Shown here piece by piece: positions 1-9,379 of a stretch of 64,000 bases of DNA (within the stretch, counting starts at the first letter, position 1; each line of letters opens with the position of its first letter). The stretch lies in NCBI GenBank assembly GCA_963725745.1, contig CAVRZS010000005.1, positions 25,698 to 89,697 on the forward strand. The letters run 5' to 3'. Source of the DNA: an uncultured Chloroflexia bacterium. GTDB lineage: Bacteria; Chloroflexota; Limnocylindria; Limnocylindrales; CSP1-4. The position numbers and the translations under genes are program-made. The notes under the pieces are model-generated. The model ran no database searches and was not told the DNA's origin. It worked only from the letters and a program-made list of their open reading frames with translations.

Positions 1-1
1 G

Positions 2-664
2 CTCGCCGAGGCGGTCGGCGCGTCCCTCGTCTACGCCTCGACGTCGGAGGCCTACGGCGATCCGCTCGTCCATCCCCAGCCGGAGACGTACTGGGGCAAC
101 GTCGACCCGATCGGGCCTCGGTCGTGCTACGACGAGAGCAAGCGGTTCGGCGAGGCGCTGGTGACGGCGTTCCGACGCAATCGAGGGGTCAGGGCCGCCA
201 TCGTCCGCGTCTTCAACACCTACGGCCCGGCGATGCGGCTGGACGACGGCCGCGTCATCCCCGCGTTCGTCGACGCCATCCTCCGGGACCGGCCGCTGCC
301 CGTCCAGGGGGACGGCACCCAGACCCGCTCCTTCCAGTACGTGAGCGACCTCGTGGCCGGCCTGCGGCTGGTCGCCCTGGACCCGGAGCTCGATGGCCAG
401 GTGCTGAACATCGGCAATCCCGACGAGATGACCGTCGCGACGCTCGCGACACGGCTCATCGACATCGCGGGCTCGAGCCAGCGCATCGCCTTCACCCCAG
501 CGCGGGACGGCGATCCGCAACGGCGATGCCCGGACATCACCCGCATGCACGAGCGCTACGGCTGGCAACCCGTCGTCGCTCTCGACGAGGGCCTCGGACG
601 GACCCTCGACTGGTTCACCAACACGCGCGTCGACGACGCGGTCCTGACAGGAGGCCATCAATGA
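2..664 (+). CDS. UDP-glucuronate decarboxylase / dTDP-glucose 4,6-dehydratase-family extended SDR, 5' end cut by window edge
   Basis: Frame 2 is open from nt 2 (LAEAVGASLVYASTSEAYGDP...). Has the YDESKR (YxxxK) catalytic motif and RVFNTYGPAM..DGRVIPAFV..GDGTQTRSFQYVSDLV, typical of UXS-type enzymes. The TGA at 662-664 overlaps the next ATG. Confidence 0.85.
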   Translation, partial: LAEAVGASLVYASTSEAYGDPLVHPQPETYWGNVDPIGPRSCYDESKRFGEALVTAFRRNRGVRAAIVRVFNTYGPAMRLDDGRVIPAFVDAILRDRPLPVQGDGTQTRSFQYVSDLVAGLRLVALDPELDGQVLNIGNPDEMTVATLATRLIDIAGSSQRIAFTPARDGDPQRRCPDITRMHERYGWQPVVALDEGLGRTLDWFTNTRVDDAVLTGGHQ

Positions 665-1644
665 CCACCCGTGTACTGGTCACCGGGGCCGGCGGCTTCA
701 TCGGCCACCACCTCGTGACCGACCTCAAGGCCAAGGGCTACTGGGTCCGGGGCGTCGACCTCAAGGTCCCCGAGTACACCGCCATCGACGCCGACGAGTT
801 CGAGGTGCTCGACCTCCGGCGCGCCGACGCATGCGAGCAGGCGCTGAGCGGCGGTATCGACCACGTCTACGCGCTCGCGGCCGACATGGGCGGCATGGGC
901 TTCATCTCGGCCCATCACGCCGAGATCCTCCACAACAACGCCCTGATCAACCTGCACACGCTCGAGGCGGCCCATCAGGCGGGCGTGCAGCGCTACCTCT
1001 ACAGCTCGAGCGCCTGCGTGTATCCCGAGTACCTGCAGACCAACGCCGACGTGAAGCCCCTCCGCGAGGAGGACGCCTACCCCGCCCAGCCGCAGGACGC
1101 CTATGGGTGGGAGAAGCTCGTCACCGAGAAGCTGTGCGAGTACTACGCCCACGACTACGGGATGGAGACGCGGATCGTCCGGTTCCACAACATCTACGGG
1201 CCCAACGGCACCTACGACGGCGGGCGCGAGAAGGCCCCCGCCGCCCTGTGCCGCAAGATCGCGCTGGCCGAGAACGGCGGCGAGATCGAGATCTGGGGCG
1301 ATGGCGAGCAGACGCGCTCGTTCTGCTACGTCGACGACTGCGTCGAGGGGATCTACCGCCTGATGCAGTCCGACCACCGCGAGCCGCTGAACCTCGGCAC
1401 CGATCGCATGGTCTCGATCAACGAGCTGGCCCGGATCATCTTCGAGATCGCGGGCAAGCACGACATCTCCATCCGCCACGTCGAGGGGCCCCAGGGCGTC
1501 CGCGGGCGGAACTCGGACAACACGCGGCTGCGCGAGGTCCTTGGCTGGGAGCCCGGGATCGACCTCGAGGAGGGCCTCGCCCCCACCTACCGCTGGATCG
1601 AGGAGCAGGTCGCCGGCCGGGTGCCCACTCCAGTCAGCGGCTGA
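661..1644 (+). CDS. GDP-mannose 3,5-epimerase-like NAD-dependent epimerase
   Basis: MTTRVLVTGAGGFIGHH Rossmann start. SSSACVYPE, PQDAYGWEKL, RFHNIYGP.GTYDGGREKAPAALCRK and WGDGEQTRSFCYVDDCVEG match the GME family pattern. ATGA overlap with the upstream gene. Confidence 0.85.
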   Translation: MTTRVLVTGAGGFIGHHLVTDLKAKGYWVRGVDLKVPEYTAIDADEFEVLDLRRADACEQALSGGIDHVYALAADMGGMGFISAHHAEILHNNALINLHTLEAAHQAGVQRYLYSSSACVYPEYLQTNADVKPLREEDAYPAQPQDAYGWEKLVTEKLCEYYAHDYGMETRIVRFHNIYGPNGTYDGGREKAPAALCRKIALAENGGEIEIWGDGEQTRSFCYVDDCVEGIYRLMQSDHREPLNLGTDRMVSINELARIIFEIAGKHDISIRHVEGPQGVRGRNSDNTRLREVLGWEPGIDLEEGLAPTYRWIEEQVAGRVPTPVSG

Positions 1645-2414
1645 TGCAGCGGGTCGACATCCTGGGGGTCCACGTCAGCGCCATCAATCCCACGATGGCC
1701 GTGGACGAGATCGGACGCTGGATCGCGGACCGCGAGCAGCACTACGTGTGCGTCACCGGCGTACACGGCGTCATGGAATGCCAGCGCGATCCCGAGCTGC
1801 TCGCGATCCACAATGCGTCCGGCCTGACCACGCCCGACGGGATGCCGATGGTCTGGTCCGGGCATCGCGCAGGGGCGAGCTGGATGAGCCGGGTCTACGG
1901 CCCGGATCTCATGCTGGCCGTCCTCGAGGTCGCACAGGAGCGAGGCTGGTCCAGCTACTTCTACGGGGGCAAGGACGGCGTCCCGGAGCAGCTCGTCGAG
2001 CGGCTGCGTGAGCGCTTCCCGGACCTCCGGGTCGCCGGGACCTGGTCGCCGCCGTTCCGGCCGCTGACGCCGGACGAGGACGCGGCCCTCGTCGAGCGCA
2101 TCAACGCCGCCGCGCCCGACCTCATCTGGGTCGGGCTGTCGACGCCCAAGCAGGAGCGCTGGATGGCGGCGCACGTCGGACGTCTCGACGCGCCGGTGCT
2201 GCTGGGAGTCGGCGCCGCCTTCGACATCCACGCCGGGACGCTCAAGCAGGCGCCGCGCTGGATGCAGCGCAGTGGACTCGAGTGGGCGTACCGGCTCTAC
2301 CGCGAACCGCGCCGCCTGTGGCGGCGGTACGCCTCGGTCATTCCGCGCTTCGCCCTGGCGATCATGCGCCGCCCGCCGCGCCTGATCCGGGCATCGGAGC
2401 GGGCGCCGGGCTGA
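1644..2414 (+). CDS. WecB/TagA/CpsF family glycosyltransferase (GT26)
   Basis: MQRVDILGVHVSAI..., TPDGMPMVW, FYGGKDGV and LIWVGLSTPKQERWM are hallmark GT26 motifs. The ATG at 1644 overlaps the upstream TGA by 1 nt. Confidence 0.85.
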   Translation: MQRVDILGVHVSAINPTMAVDEIGRWIADREQHYVCVTGVHGVMECQRDPELLAIHNASGLTTPDGMPMVWSGHRAGASWMSRVYGPDLMLAVLEVAQERGWSSYFYGGKDGVPEQLVERLRERFPDLRVAGTWSPPFRPLTPDEDAALVERINAAAPDLIWVGLSTPKQERWMAAHVGRLDAPVLLGVGAAFDIHAGTLKQAPRWMQRSGLEWAYRLYREPRRLWRRYASVIPRFALAIMRRPPRLIRASERAPG

Positions 2415-3924
2415 CAGGCGCGACGAGCTCGCCGTCGCGGTCCTCGCCAGCGCCGACGATTCCGGCGGCGCGCATCAGGACCAGCCCGAATCCGACCACC
2501 GACCAGAACCAGATCCCACCCTGTGGCCCCTCCAGGTACACGTCGAAGCTCATGTTCACCAGTGCCGCCGCCCAGATCGCGAAATCCACGCCGATCATCT
2601 GGATCAGCCGGAACTGACCCGCGACGCGGGCGCGATAGGCGGCCCGGGCGAGTCCCACGCCGAATGCGATCTGGATCAGCACCCAGCCCGTGAACAGCGG
2701 AACGCCGCCTCGCGCGAGCATGGCGATGTGGCCGTTGTGCGGTTCCCGCAGCGAGTGGTCGGCGAGGACCTGGAACCCGTCGGCGTCGGCGAGGTTGATC
2801 CCGAAGCCCTTGCCGGTCCAGAAGTACTGGCCGTCGACCGTGTAGCTGATGATCTTGTTCCACCAGGCCAGGCGCCATTCCTTGGTGCCCTCGAGGTTGC
2901 CGGCGTTGGACGACGACAGGACGCTGGTGACGTTCTCGAACAGCTGGTTGAAGGACAGCGTCCGGCCCTGGACGCTGCCCACGTCGAGCGTCGGGTTGAG
3001 CACCGACAACGCGACGAACCCGGCGAGGGCGATCCCCATCGCCGTCGCGACCCGCTGGCCCGAACGCACGAACAGGAGCGCGGATCCGGCGCCGACCACC
3101 GCTGCGACCATGCCGCCGCGGCTCACCGCCGTGATGATCGCGAGGTCGGTGAAGGCGAGCACCCACATCATCCAGGTGGGCATCCAGCCGCGGCGAACCC
3201 CGTACAGGCCCACCAGGATGAACGCCGCGACGCCCGCGAGCTGCACGCCGAAGTCCCCCTGCTTGACCACGATCAGGGGCACGGGCGCGCCGGGCCACGA
3301 GGGCAGGCTGGACCCGAACTGCTGGGTCAGGATCGTCGCGAGTGGAAGCCACAGCAGGAACGCCGGCGCCACCCATCGATAGCTGTCGATCAGGCGCTCG
3401 AACCACCGCCGGTCGAAGACGGTCGAGATGAACAGGGCGAACGCCGCGTAGCCCCACACGACGGCATCGCGCAGGGCGAGCTGTCCGTACGGCCCGATCC
3501 CCGGAATGGTCCGGATCAGGCCGATCGCCATGAACCCGACGATCAGCCAGTGGACGATCCCGAACCGTGCCTTGTCGATGTTCAGCACGAACGCGATCAG
3601 CCCGAGGAACAGCACCGCCTCGCCGACGTACAGGGACCCGGACCCGACGTAGGCGACGCCGCGGCCGAGGAACGCGTAGGCGATCAGCAGGATGCCCAGG
3701 GCGCCCGCGAACACGGCGGCCGACCGCCGGCCGATGGCGGCCATCATGACCAGGATGGAACCGGCGGCGACGGCTCCGAGGGTGACGGCGGGCGCGGCGA
3801 CGAGCAGCACGCCGACAGCGGCGGCCAGCACCGCCGAAAGCACCGTCCACCACGGAACACGCTGCGCGGGTGAGCTCTCCCGTGCCCTGCCGAGGCGGTC
3901 GGCGAGCCCGGCACCAACGGTCAT
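2362..3924 (-). CDS. O-antigen ligase / Wzy-like polysaccharide polymerase membrane protein
   Basis: 520-aa polytopic membrane ORF. Has a periplasmic-loop-like segment (WRLAWWNKII..FWTGKGFG..REPHNGHIAMLARGGVPLF) resembling the Wzy_C/O-antigen ligase motif. Lies immediately downstream of the wzc-like gene. Confidence 0.7.
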   Translation of the reverse strand: MTVGAGLADRLGRARESSPAQRVPWWTVLSAVLAAAVGVLLVAAPAVTLGAVAAGSILVMMAAIGRRSAAVFAGALGILLIAYAFLGRGVAYVGSGSLYVGEAVLFLGLIAFVLNIDKARFGIVHWLIVGFMAIGLIRTIPGIGPYGQLALRDAVVWGYAAFALFISTVFDRRWFERLIDSYRWVAPAFLLWLPLATILTQQFGSSLPSWPGAPVPLIVVKQGDFGVQLAGVAAFILVGLYGVRRGWMPTWMMWVLAFTDLAIITAVSRGGMVAAVVGAGSALLFVRSGQRVATAMGIALAGFVALSVLNPTLDVGSVQGRTLSFNQLFENVTSVLSSSNAGNLEGTKEWRLAWWNKIISYTVDGQYFWTGKGFGINLADADGFQVLADHSLREPHNGHIAMLARGGVPLFTGWVLIQIAFGVGLARAAYRARVAGQFRLIQMIGVDFAIWAAALVNMSFDVYLEGPQGGIWFWSVVGFGLVLMRAAGIVGAGEDRDGELVAPVSPAPAPMPGSGAAGGA

Positions 3925-3945
3925 GTCAGGGTTGCCCGAGGCGTC

Positions 3946-5553
3946 CTAGCTGCCGCTGCTCGCAGACCGGGCCGACGCTGGGACGGCGGCTCCTTCCTGG
4001 CCGTCAGTCGCCTCGGGGCCACCGTAGACGGCGTAGGCGCTGTTCGGAGCTCCAGGCACCCGATTGAGGACCGCGCCCAGGATGCGCACCGAGGCCCGGT
4101 TCAGGACTTCGATGCTCGACTGCAGGGCCTTGGTGGGCGTGTGGCCGGCGTCGACCACGATGATCGTGCCGTCGGCGTGCTGTGCGAGCAGGGCGGCGTC
4201 CGCGACCAGCTGGAGCGGCGGCGTGTCGATGACCACGACGTCCGCGAGCCCTCGCAGCGACTCCAGGATGACGGCCATGCGATTCGACCCGACGAGCTCG
4301 GCCGGGTTGGGCGGCGCCTCGCCCATCGGGAGCACTCGCAGGTCCGGCTGTGCCGTCTCGATCAGCATGTCGGCGATGTTCCTGGACTCGTCGAGCAGGA
4401 CGTTGGTGAGCCCCGGCGACGCCGGAACGCGGAACATCGCGTGCACGCCCGGGCGGCGCAGGTCGGCGTCGACGAGGATCGTCGATCGCCCGTCCTGCGC
4501 GAAGGCCACCGCGAGGTTCGCCGACACCGCGGTCTTGCCCTCGCCCTGGAGCGGGCTCGTCACGAGCACGAGCTGGACCCGCCGGTCGACCGAGGCGAAG
4601 CCGACGTTGGTCCGCAGCTGGCGATACGACTCGGCGATCGCCGATCGTGGGTAGACCAGCGTCGAGAGCAGGTAGAACGGCTGGGTGCCGCGGTCGGTGC
4701 GCTGGCGCCCGATCGAGCCCAGGGTCGGCAGGCCGACGAGGCGCTCCACGTCGTCCGACGACTTGACCGAGTCGTCGAGGTGGTCCGCGGCCAGCGCCAG
4801 GGAGACCCCGATCAGGAGCCCCGCCACGACGGCGAGCACGAGGTTGAGGATCAGGTTCGGTGACGACGGCTTGGTCGGCGAGACGGCGGGGTCGCTCAGG
4901 GTCGCGAGGTTCGCCGACGCGCTCGAGGCCAGCGAGAGCAGCTGGGTGTACGAGGTCTGGAGGGTCGCGAGCCGCGACTGGAGCGAGGCCAGGAGGACCT
5001 GCTCCGACTCGGTCAGCTGGCCCTTGCTCGCGAGCGCGTCCGCGCGCGCCTGGGTGTCCGTGATCTGCGCCTGGGCGTCCTTGAGGCTCTGGTCGATGAA
5101 CGCCTGCGTCTCCGCGTCGCGACCGGTCACGGCCGGCGTGGTGGCGATCGTGTCCGCGGCGATCGCGTTGGCCAGATCTGCGGCTTGCTTCGCGCTCGAC
5201 GTATCGACCGTGATCTGGACGAGGTTGCTGTCTGTGGGTGCCGAGGCGGAGACGTGCTTGAGCACGTCGTCCGGGTCGAGGTCGAGGTTCAGGGCTTCGA
5301 GCACCCGCACGATCGTGGCCCGCTGCGTCGCGACGGCCGCATAGGTCTGGGAGAGCCGCTGACCGAGCAGCGCCTGGTCCAGGGTCGGCGTCACCGAGCC
5401 GGTGGCGTTGCCGACGATCAGGGTCGCCTGCGCCTCATACGTCTTGGGCCACACGAGGCTGAGCGCGAGGGCCGTCGCGAGCGTGACGATCAGGGCCGCG
5501 GCGAAGATCCGGTACCGGGTGCGGACGAGATTGCTGAAACCGCGCAAGTTCAC
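3946..5553 (-). CDS. Polysaccharide biosynthesis tyrosine autokinase (Wzc/CpsCD-like chain-length determinant plus BY-kinase)
   Basis: N-terminal Wzz-like TM and coiled region. Walker A TSPLQGEGKT, A' ILVDADLRRP, Walker B VVVIDTPP, and a short C-terminal Tyr cluster (SAYAVYGG). GTG start chosen at 5553 behind GGAGAG, 8 nt upstream. Confidence 0.85.
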   Translation of the reverse strand: MNLRGFSNLVRTRYRIFAAALIVTLATALALSLVWPKTYEAQATLIVGNATGSVTPTLDQALLGQRLSQTYAAVATQRATIVRVLEALNLDLDPDDVLKHVSASAPTDSNLVQITVDTSSAKQAADLANAIAADTIATTPAVTGRDAETQAFIDQSLKDAQAQITDTQARADALASKGQLTESEQVLLASLQSRLATLQTSYTQLLSLASSASANLATLSDPAVSPTKPSSPNLILNLVLAVVAGLLIGVSLALAADHLDDSVKSSDDVERLVGLPTLGSIGRQRTDRGTQPFYLLSTLVYPRSAIAESYRQLRTNVGFASVDRRVQLVLVTSPLQGEGKTAVSANLAVAFAQDGRSTILVDADLRRPGVHAMFRVPASPGLTNVLLDESRNIADMLIETAQPDLRVLPMGEAPPNPAELVGSNRMAVILESLRGLADVVVIDTPPLQLVADAALLAQHADGTIIVVDAGHTPTKALQSSIEVLNRASVRILGAVLNRVPGAPNSAYAVYGGPEATDGQEGAAVPASARSASSGS

Positions 5554-6345
5554 GTACGTGTCTCTCCAAAGGTGGTCGTGAGTATAGATGGGCCGCGGCC
5601 GCCGGCCCTCTGACGCGACTGGATTCGGTGCCGTGATGCACCTCGATTCGCCCCCAAAGGTCACCGATGCGTGGCCTCCTGGCACCACCCGAAGGTCTGG
5701 GGCCCCTTGGGGAGGATCGGGCTCTTGTTGCAGCCCCACCCCCTCCCTGACCATTCGGTGCGTTCGACTCCTCGAACGAGCACACCCGTCGCGAGGCGGG
5801 GCCGCAAAGCCACGGGGCCCCCGAGGTCAGCCGGGTTGCCGAAAGGAGGTTCTGCCCCCGTGTTCTGGGATGGCCACAAATGGGTCTCGGAGGCCCGCCC
5901 CGCCCCTGCCCCTGCACCGACCCGCCGCAACCGAGCCCGAGACTGGCTCGCGACACTGCCGATCGTGCTCCTCGTACCCGCGTTGATGCTGCCCCTGGTC
6001 GTCACCCAGGCGGCGCCGCCGCGCGATAACAAAGCCAACCTGAGCGCTTCAGCGTCACCTGTCGCGCTCGACGTGCAGGCCGTCATCGACATCGACGGAC
6101 AGATGGTTCCCGGCAGCACCTTCCGCATCCGAGGCGCGAGCTTCGTCCCGATGACCACGGCCGCTGTCCTGTGGGACACGAACAAGCAGCTCACAAAGCT
6201 CAGCATCAAGCGAACAGGTTCCTTCTCGGCCCGAGCCTCCGTCCCGGCTGGAGCCGATCCGGGCAAGCACACGATCACCGTGGTGTACACGCCGATCACC
6301 GACGGCCAGCCCGCCGCCACCACCGACGTGGTCGTGCCCGACGTC

Positions 6346-6749
6346 GCCCCGACGCCCACCCCGACGCAGAAGCCCACGCCGACGCCGGATCCCACGGCGA
6401 CACCGACGCAGAAGCCCACCGCCACGCCGACGGCCGCCCCGACGGCGACCCCGACCGTGGCCCCGACGGCGACCCCGACCGTGGCTCCCACGGCGACGCC
6501 GACGGCCGCACCGACCGCGCACGGCCCACCGCCACGCCGACCGTCGCCCCGACGGCGACGCCGACGATTGCGCCCACGGCGACCCCGACCGTGGCTCCCA
6601 CGGCGACGCCGACCGTGGCTCCAACGGCGACGCCGACGGCCGCACCGACCGCGACGCCGACCGCCAGGCCCACCGCGACGCCGACCGCGGCCCCGACGGC
6701 GACGCCGACGGTCGCACCGACGCCCACGCCCGCGCCGACGGCGGCGCCG
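6346..6749 (+). repeat. Imperfect tandem repeat, about 24-nt period, encoding an (A-P-T-A-T-P-T-V)n Pro/Thr linker
   Basis: Repeated GCSCCGACGGCGACSCCGACCGTG-type units are read directly. They translate to APTATPTV/APTATPTA units in two different frames on either side of the frame break. Confidence 0.75.
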
Positions 6750-7025
6750 CTCTCGATCACCGACAACATCGCCAGCGGGGCGATCGTGTCCGGGTCGTTC
6801 CCCTGGACCGCGACGGTCGCGGGCGGGAGCGCCAGCAAGGTCGAGTTCCTGGTCGACAACGTCGTCGCCTGGACCGAGCTGTGGGGTCCCTACCAGTTCA
6901 ACGGCGACCCCGATGGCATGCTCAACACCACGACGCTCGTCAATGGCACGCATACCGTTGGCGCGCGCGTCACCGACGTGAACGGCGCGAGCGCCCTCAA
7001 TTCGAGCCTGATCACCGTCTCGAAC

Positions 7026-7125
7026 GCGGCGGCACCGGCGCCCACGCCGACCCCCGTGCCCACCCCGACGCCTGCGCCGACCCCGACGCCTGCGCCGACC
7101 CCGACGCCCACGGCGGCGCCGCCGG
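7026..7125 (+). repeat. Second short Pro/Thr/Ala linker repeat (PTPxPTPTPAPTPTPAPTPTP) in the same gene
   Basis: Repeated CCGACCCCGACGCCTGCG units are visible. They lie between the Ig-like domain and the beta-helix domain. Confidence 0.6.
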
Positions 7126-8298
7126 GCTCGTGCCCGAGCTCGCTGCAGACCCTCGTCGACCAGGCCCCGTCCGGTGGCACGGTCTCCGTCGGCGCGTGCA
7201 CGTTCCACCAGACCGTCACGATCACCAAGCCGCTCACCCTCCAGGGCAACGGCACGGTCATCACCGGTGACAAGTCACGCACGTACGGCATCGTCGTCAC
7301 CGCCAACGACGTCACGATCGACGGCTTCACCGTCAAGGACACGACCAACCCGAACCAGGACGGCGCCGTGCGGGTGCGCAACGCCTCGCGCTTCACCTTC
7401 CGCGATGGCGTGATCACCGGCGCCGTCGGCGCGTGCATCAGCATCGCGGGCGGTTCGAACAACACCGTCGCGACGTCGACCCTCGCCTACTGCGGCCAGG
7501 AGGGCTTCCACGCCACAGGCGTGAACGGCCTCACCTACGACTCCAACAGCATCCACGACAACAACCCCAACTCCGCCAACGACCCCTATTGGGAGGCTGG
7601 CGCGGGCAAGGTCACCAACACCTCGAACCTGCTGTTCCGCAACAACGACGTCTACGCCAACAAGGGCCCGGGCCTGTGGTGCGACATCGACTGCACGGGC
7701 GTCACGTTCACCGGCAACCGCGTCCATGGGAACGACCAGTCAGGGATCTTCTTCGAGATCAGTGACGGCGCCGTGATCGAGAACAACGTGGTGTGGAACA
7801 ACGGCTGGACGCGGACGGGCTGGGGCTGGGGTGCAGGCATCCTCGTCTCGTCCTCCCGCAACGCCGAGGTGCGCAACAACACGGTCGCGTGGAACGCCGA
7901 CGGGATCTCGGTCATCAGCCAGAACCGCGGCGACGCGCCCGGGCCGATCATCGGGAACAACGTCCACGACAACGTCGTCGTGGTCGCGCCCAAGTCCACC
8001 GACTCCTCGGAGAAGATGGAGCTGGCCTGGCTCCAGGACTGGGGCGGGGTTCTCTACTCCTCCGGGTCCAACAACCGCGGCGCGTCGAATCGCTACTGGA
8101 TGTCGACGGCCGAGCCCACGGGCGGGCGCTTCAACTGGAACGGCGGCATCTCCACCCTGAGCTCGTTCAACTCGACTCCGGGTGAGGAAGCCGGATCGTA
8201 CCTGACGAGCGCCCAGAAGGACTCCTTGCTGAGCGCGGCCGGCATCCCGACCACCGCTCCGTAGCCACCCCGGCCGGCCGCCGGCCGGTCCCGCTCAT

Positions 8299-8322
8299 GG
8301 CTCCCGCCACGCGGCGGGAGCC
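8299..8322. terminator. Hairpin between convergent genes (possible bidirectional terminator)
   Basis: GGCTCCCGCC-ACGC-GGCGGGAGCC is a perfect 10-bp GC stem with a 4-nt loop. It sits between the stops at 8264 (+) and 8351 (-). There is no clear U tract. Confidence 0.4.
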
Positions 8323-8350
8323 GCATCACCCCGAGCTTCGCGGGTCACGG

Positions 8351-9379
8351 TCAGGCTGGGCGCAGCGATGCGTCCAGCGTGCCGTCGGCGAGCCGCTCCT
8401 GGATCTGGCGGATCCGGATGAACCGGGATCCGGTGAAGTCGTCGTACGTCACGTCCTCGGCACGGAGCCGGTCGGCCAGCTCGTGCGCGCCGGCTGCCGC
8501 GGTCCACGTGGTCGCGTAGCCGAGCTCGCGAGCGATCCGCCCGCAGTCGACACGGTAGTCGCGAACGTCGGCCTGGGCGCCCGTCGAGGTCTCCACGGTC
8601 GTCCCCGGCACCGCGTCCGCGACGAGGTCGGCCAGTTCTCGGATCCGGTAGTTCTCGGTGGTCGACCCGACGTTGAACGCCCGGTCGTGGACGGCCTCGC
8701 GCGGGGCGTCCAGGGCGGTCACGAAGGCCCGCGCGATGTCGACGATGTGGACGATCGGCCGCCACTGGCTGCCGTCGCTGGCGAGGCGCACCTTGCCCGT
8801 CGTCAGGCCCCAGCCCACCAGGTTGTTGAGCACGATGTCGAACCGCAATCGCGGCGAGACCCCGTACGCGGTGGCGTTCCGCAGGTAGGTGGGCGAGAAC
8901 CGGTCGTTGGCCAGCCCGTGGAGATCGCGCTCGGACCGGACCTTCGAGATCCCGTAGGCCGTGACGGGGTTCAGCGCACCGTCCTCGTCGAGGGTCCCGG
9001 ATCCGGACGCGGCGCCGTAGTTGCTGCACGACGACGAGAACACGAACCGCTCGGTGCCGGCCTCGCGGGCCAGCCTGGCGAGGCGGACCGTGGCGCGGTG
9101 ATTGATGTCGTAGGTGAGCTCGGCATCGAGGTCGCCGAGCGGGTCGTTGGACAGGGCCGCCAGGTGGACGACGGCATCGAATCCCTCGAGATCGCCGACC
9201 TCCACGTCGCGGACGTCGCGCCCGATGTTCGGGACGTCCGGGATCCCCTCCGGGTCGCCCAGGGTGCCGCGCGAATAGAGGTCGGTGTCGAGCCCAACGA
9301 CCTCGTGGCCGGCGGCCTGCAGGATCGGGACGGCAACCGTGCCGATGTAGCCGAGATGACCGGTGACGAGCACTCTCAT
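8351..9379 (-). CDS. NAD-dependent epimerase/dehydratase family protein (sugar-nucleotide modifying SDR)
   Basis: [13 protein letters not shown] Rossmann motif, SSSCSNYG and YGISKVRSE (YxxxK). The ATG overlaps the stop of the upstream beta-helix gene (ATGA at 9376-9379). Confidence 0.85.
   Translation of the reverse strand: MRVLVTGHLGYIGTVAVPILQAAGHEVVGLDTDLYSRGTLGDPEGIPDVPNIGRDVRDVEVGDLEGFDAVVHLAALSNDPLGDLDAELTYDINHRATVRLARLAREAGTERFVFSSSCSNYGAASGSGTLDEDGALNPVTAYGISKVRSERDLHGLANDRFSPTYLRNATAYGVSPRLRFDIVLNNLVGWGLTTGKVRLASDGSQWRPIVHIVDIARAFVTALDAPREAVHDRAFNVGSTTENYRIRELADLVADAVPGTTVETSTGAQADVRDYRVDCGRIARELGYATTWTAAAGAHELADRLRAEDVTYDDFTGSRFIRIRQIQERLADGTLDASLRPA

Larger units (their letters stand above)
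5860..8264 (+). pseudogene. Secreted right-handed beta-helix (PbH1/CASH repeat) protein with Ig-like domains and Pro/Thr linkers; reading frame broken near 6517-6522
   Basis: GTG at 5860 follows AAAGGAGG by 9 nt, then a signal/TM segment (LATLPIVLLVPALMLPLVV). Frame 1 runs to about 6520. The PT repeat continues in frame 0 through an Ig-like domain and beta-helix repeats (NNxVxx[17 protein letters not shown]) to the stop at 8264. Removing a GC dinucleotide restores T-A-R-P-T. Confidence 0.7.

Noticed and set aside
6346-6749. Tandem repeats considered as a possible CRISPR array
   Set aside because: The roughly 24-nt units are contiguous with no unique spacers. They are in frame with a coding sequence (a PT linker), and no cas genes are present in the window.
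5661-7208. 515-aa minus-strand ORF and other R/G-rich ORFs across the PT repeat
   Set aside because: They are antisense or off-frame readings of the Pro/Thr repeat array (GGT/GGC/CGT runs), and no start context is present.
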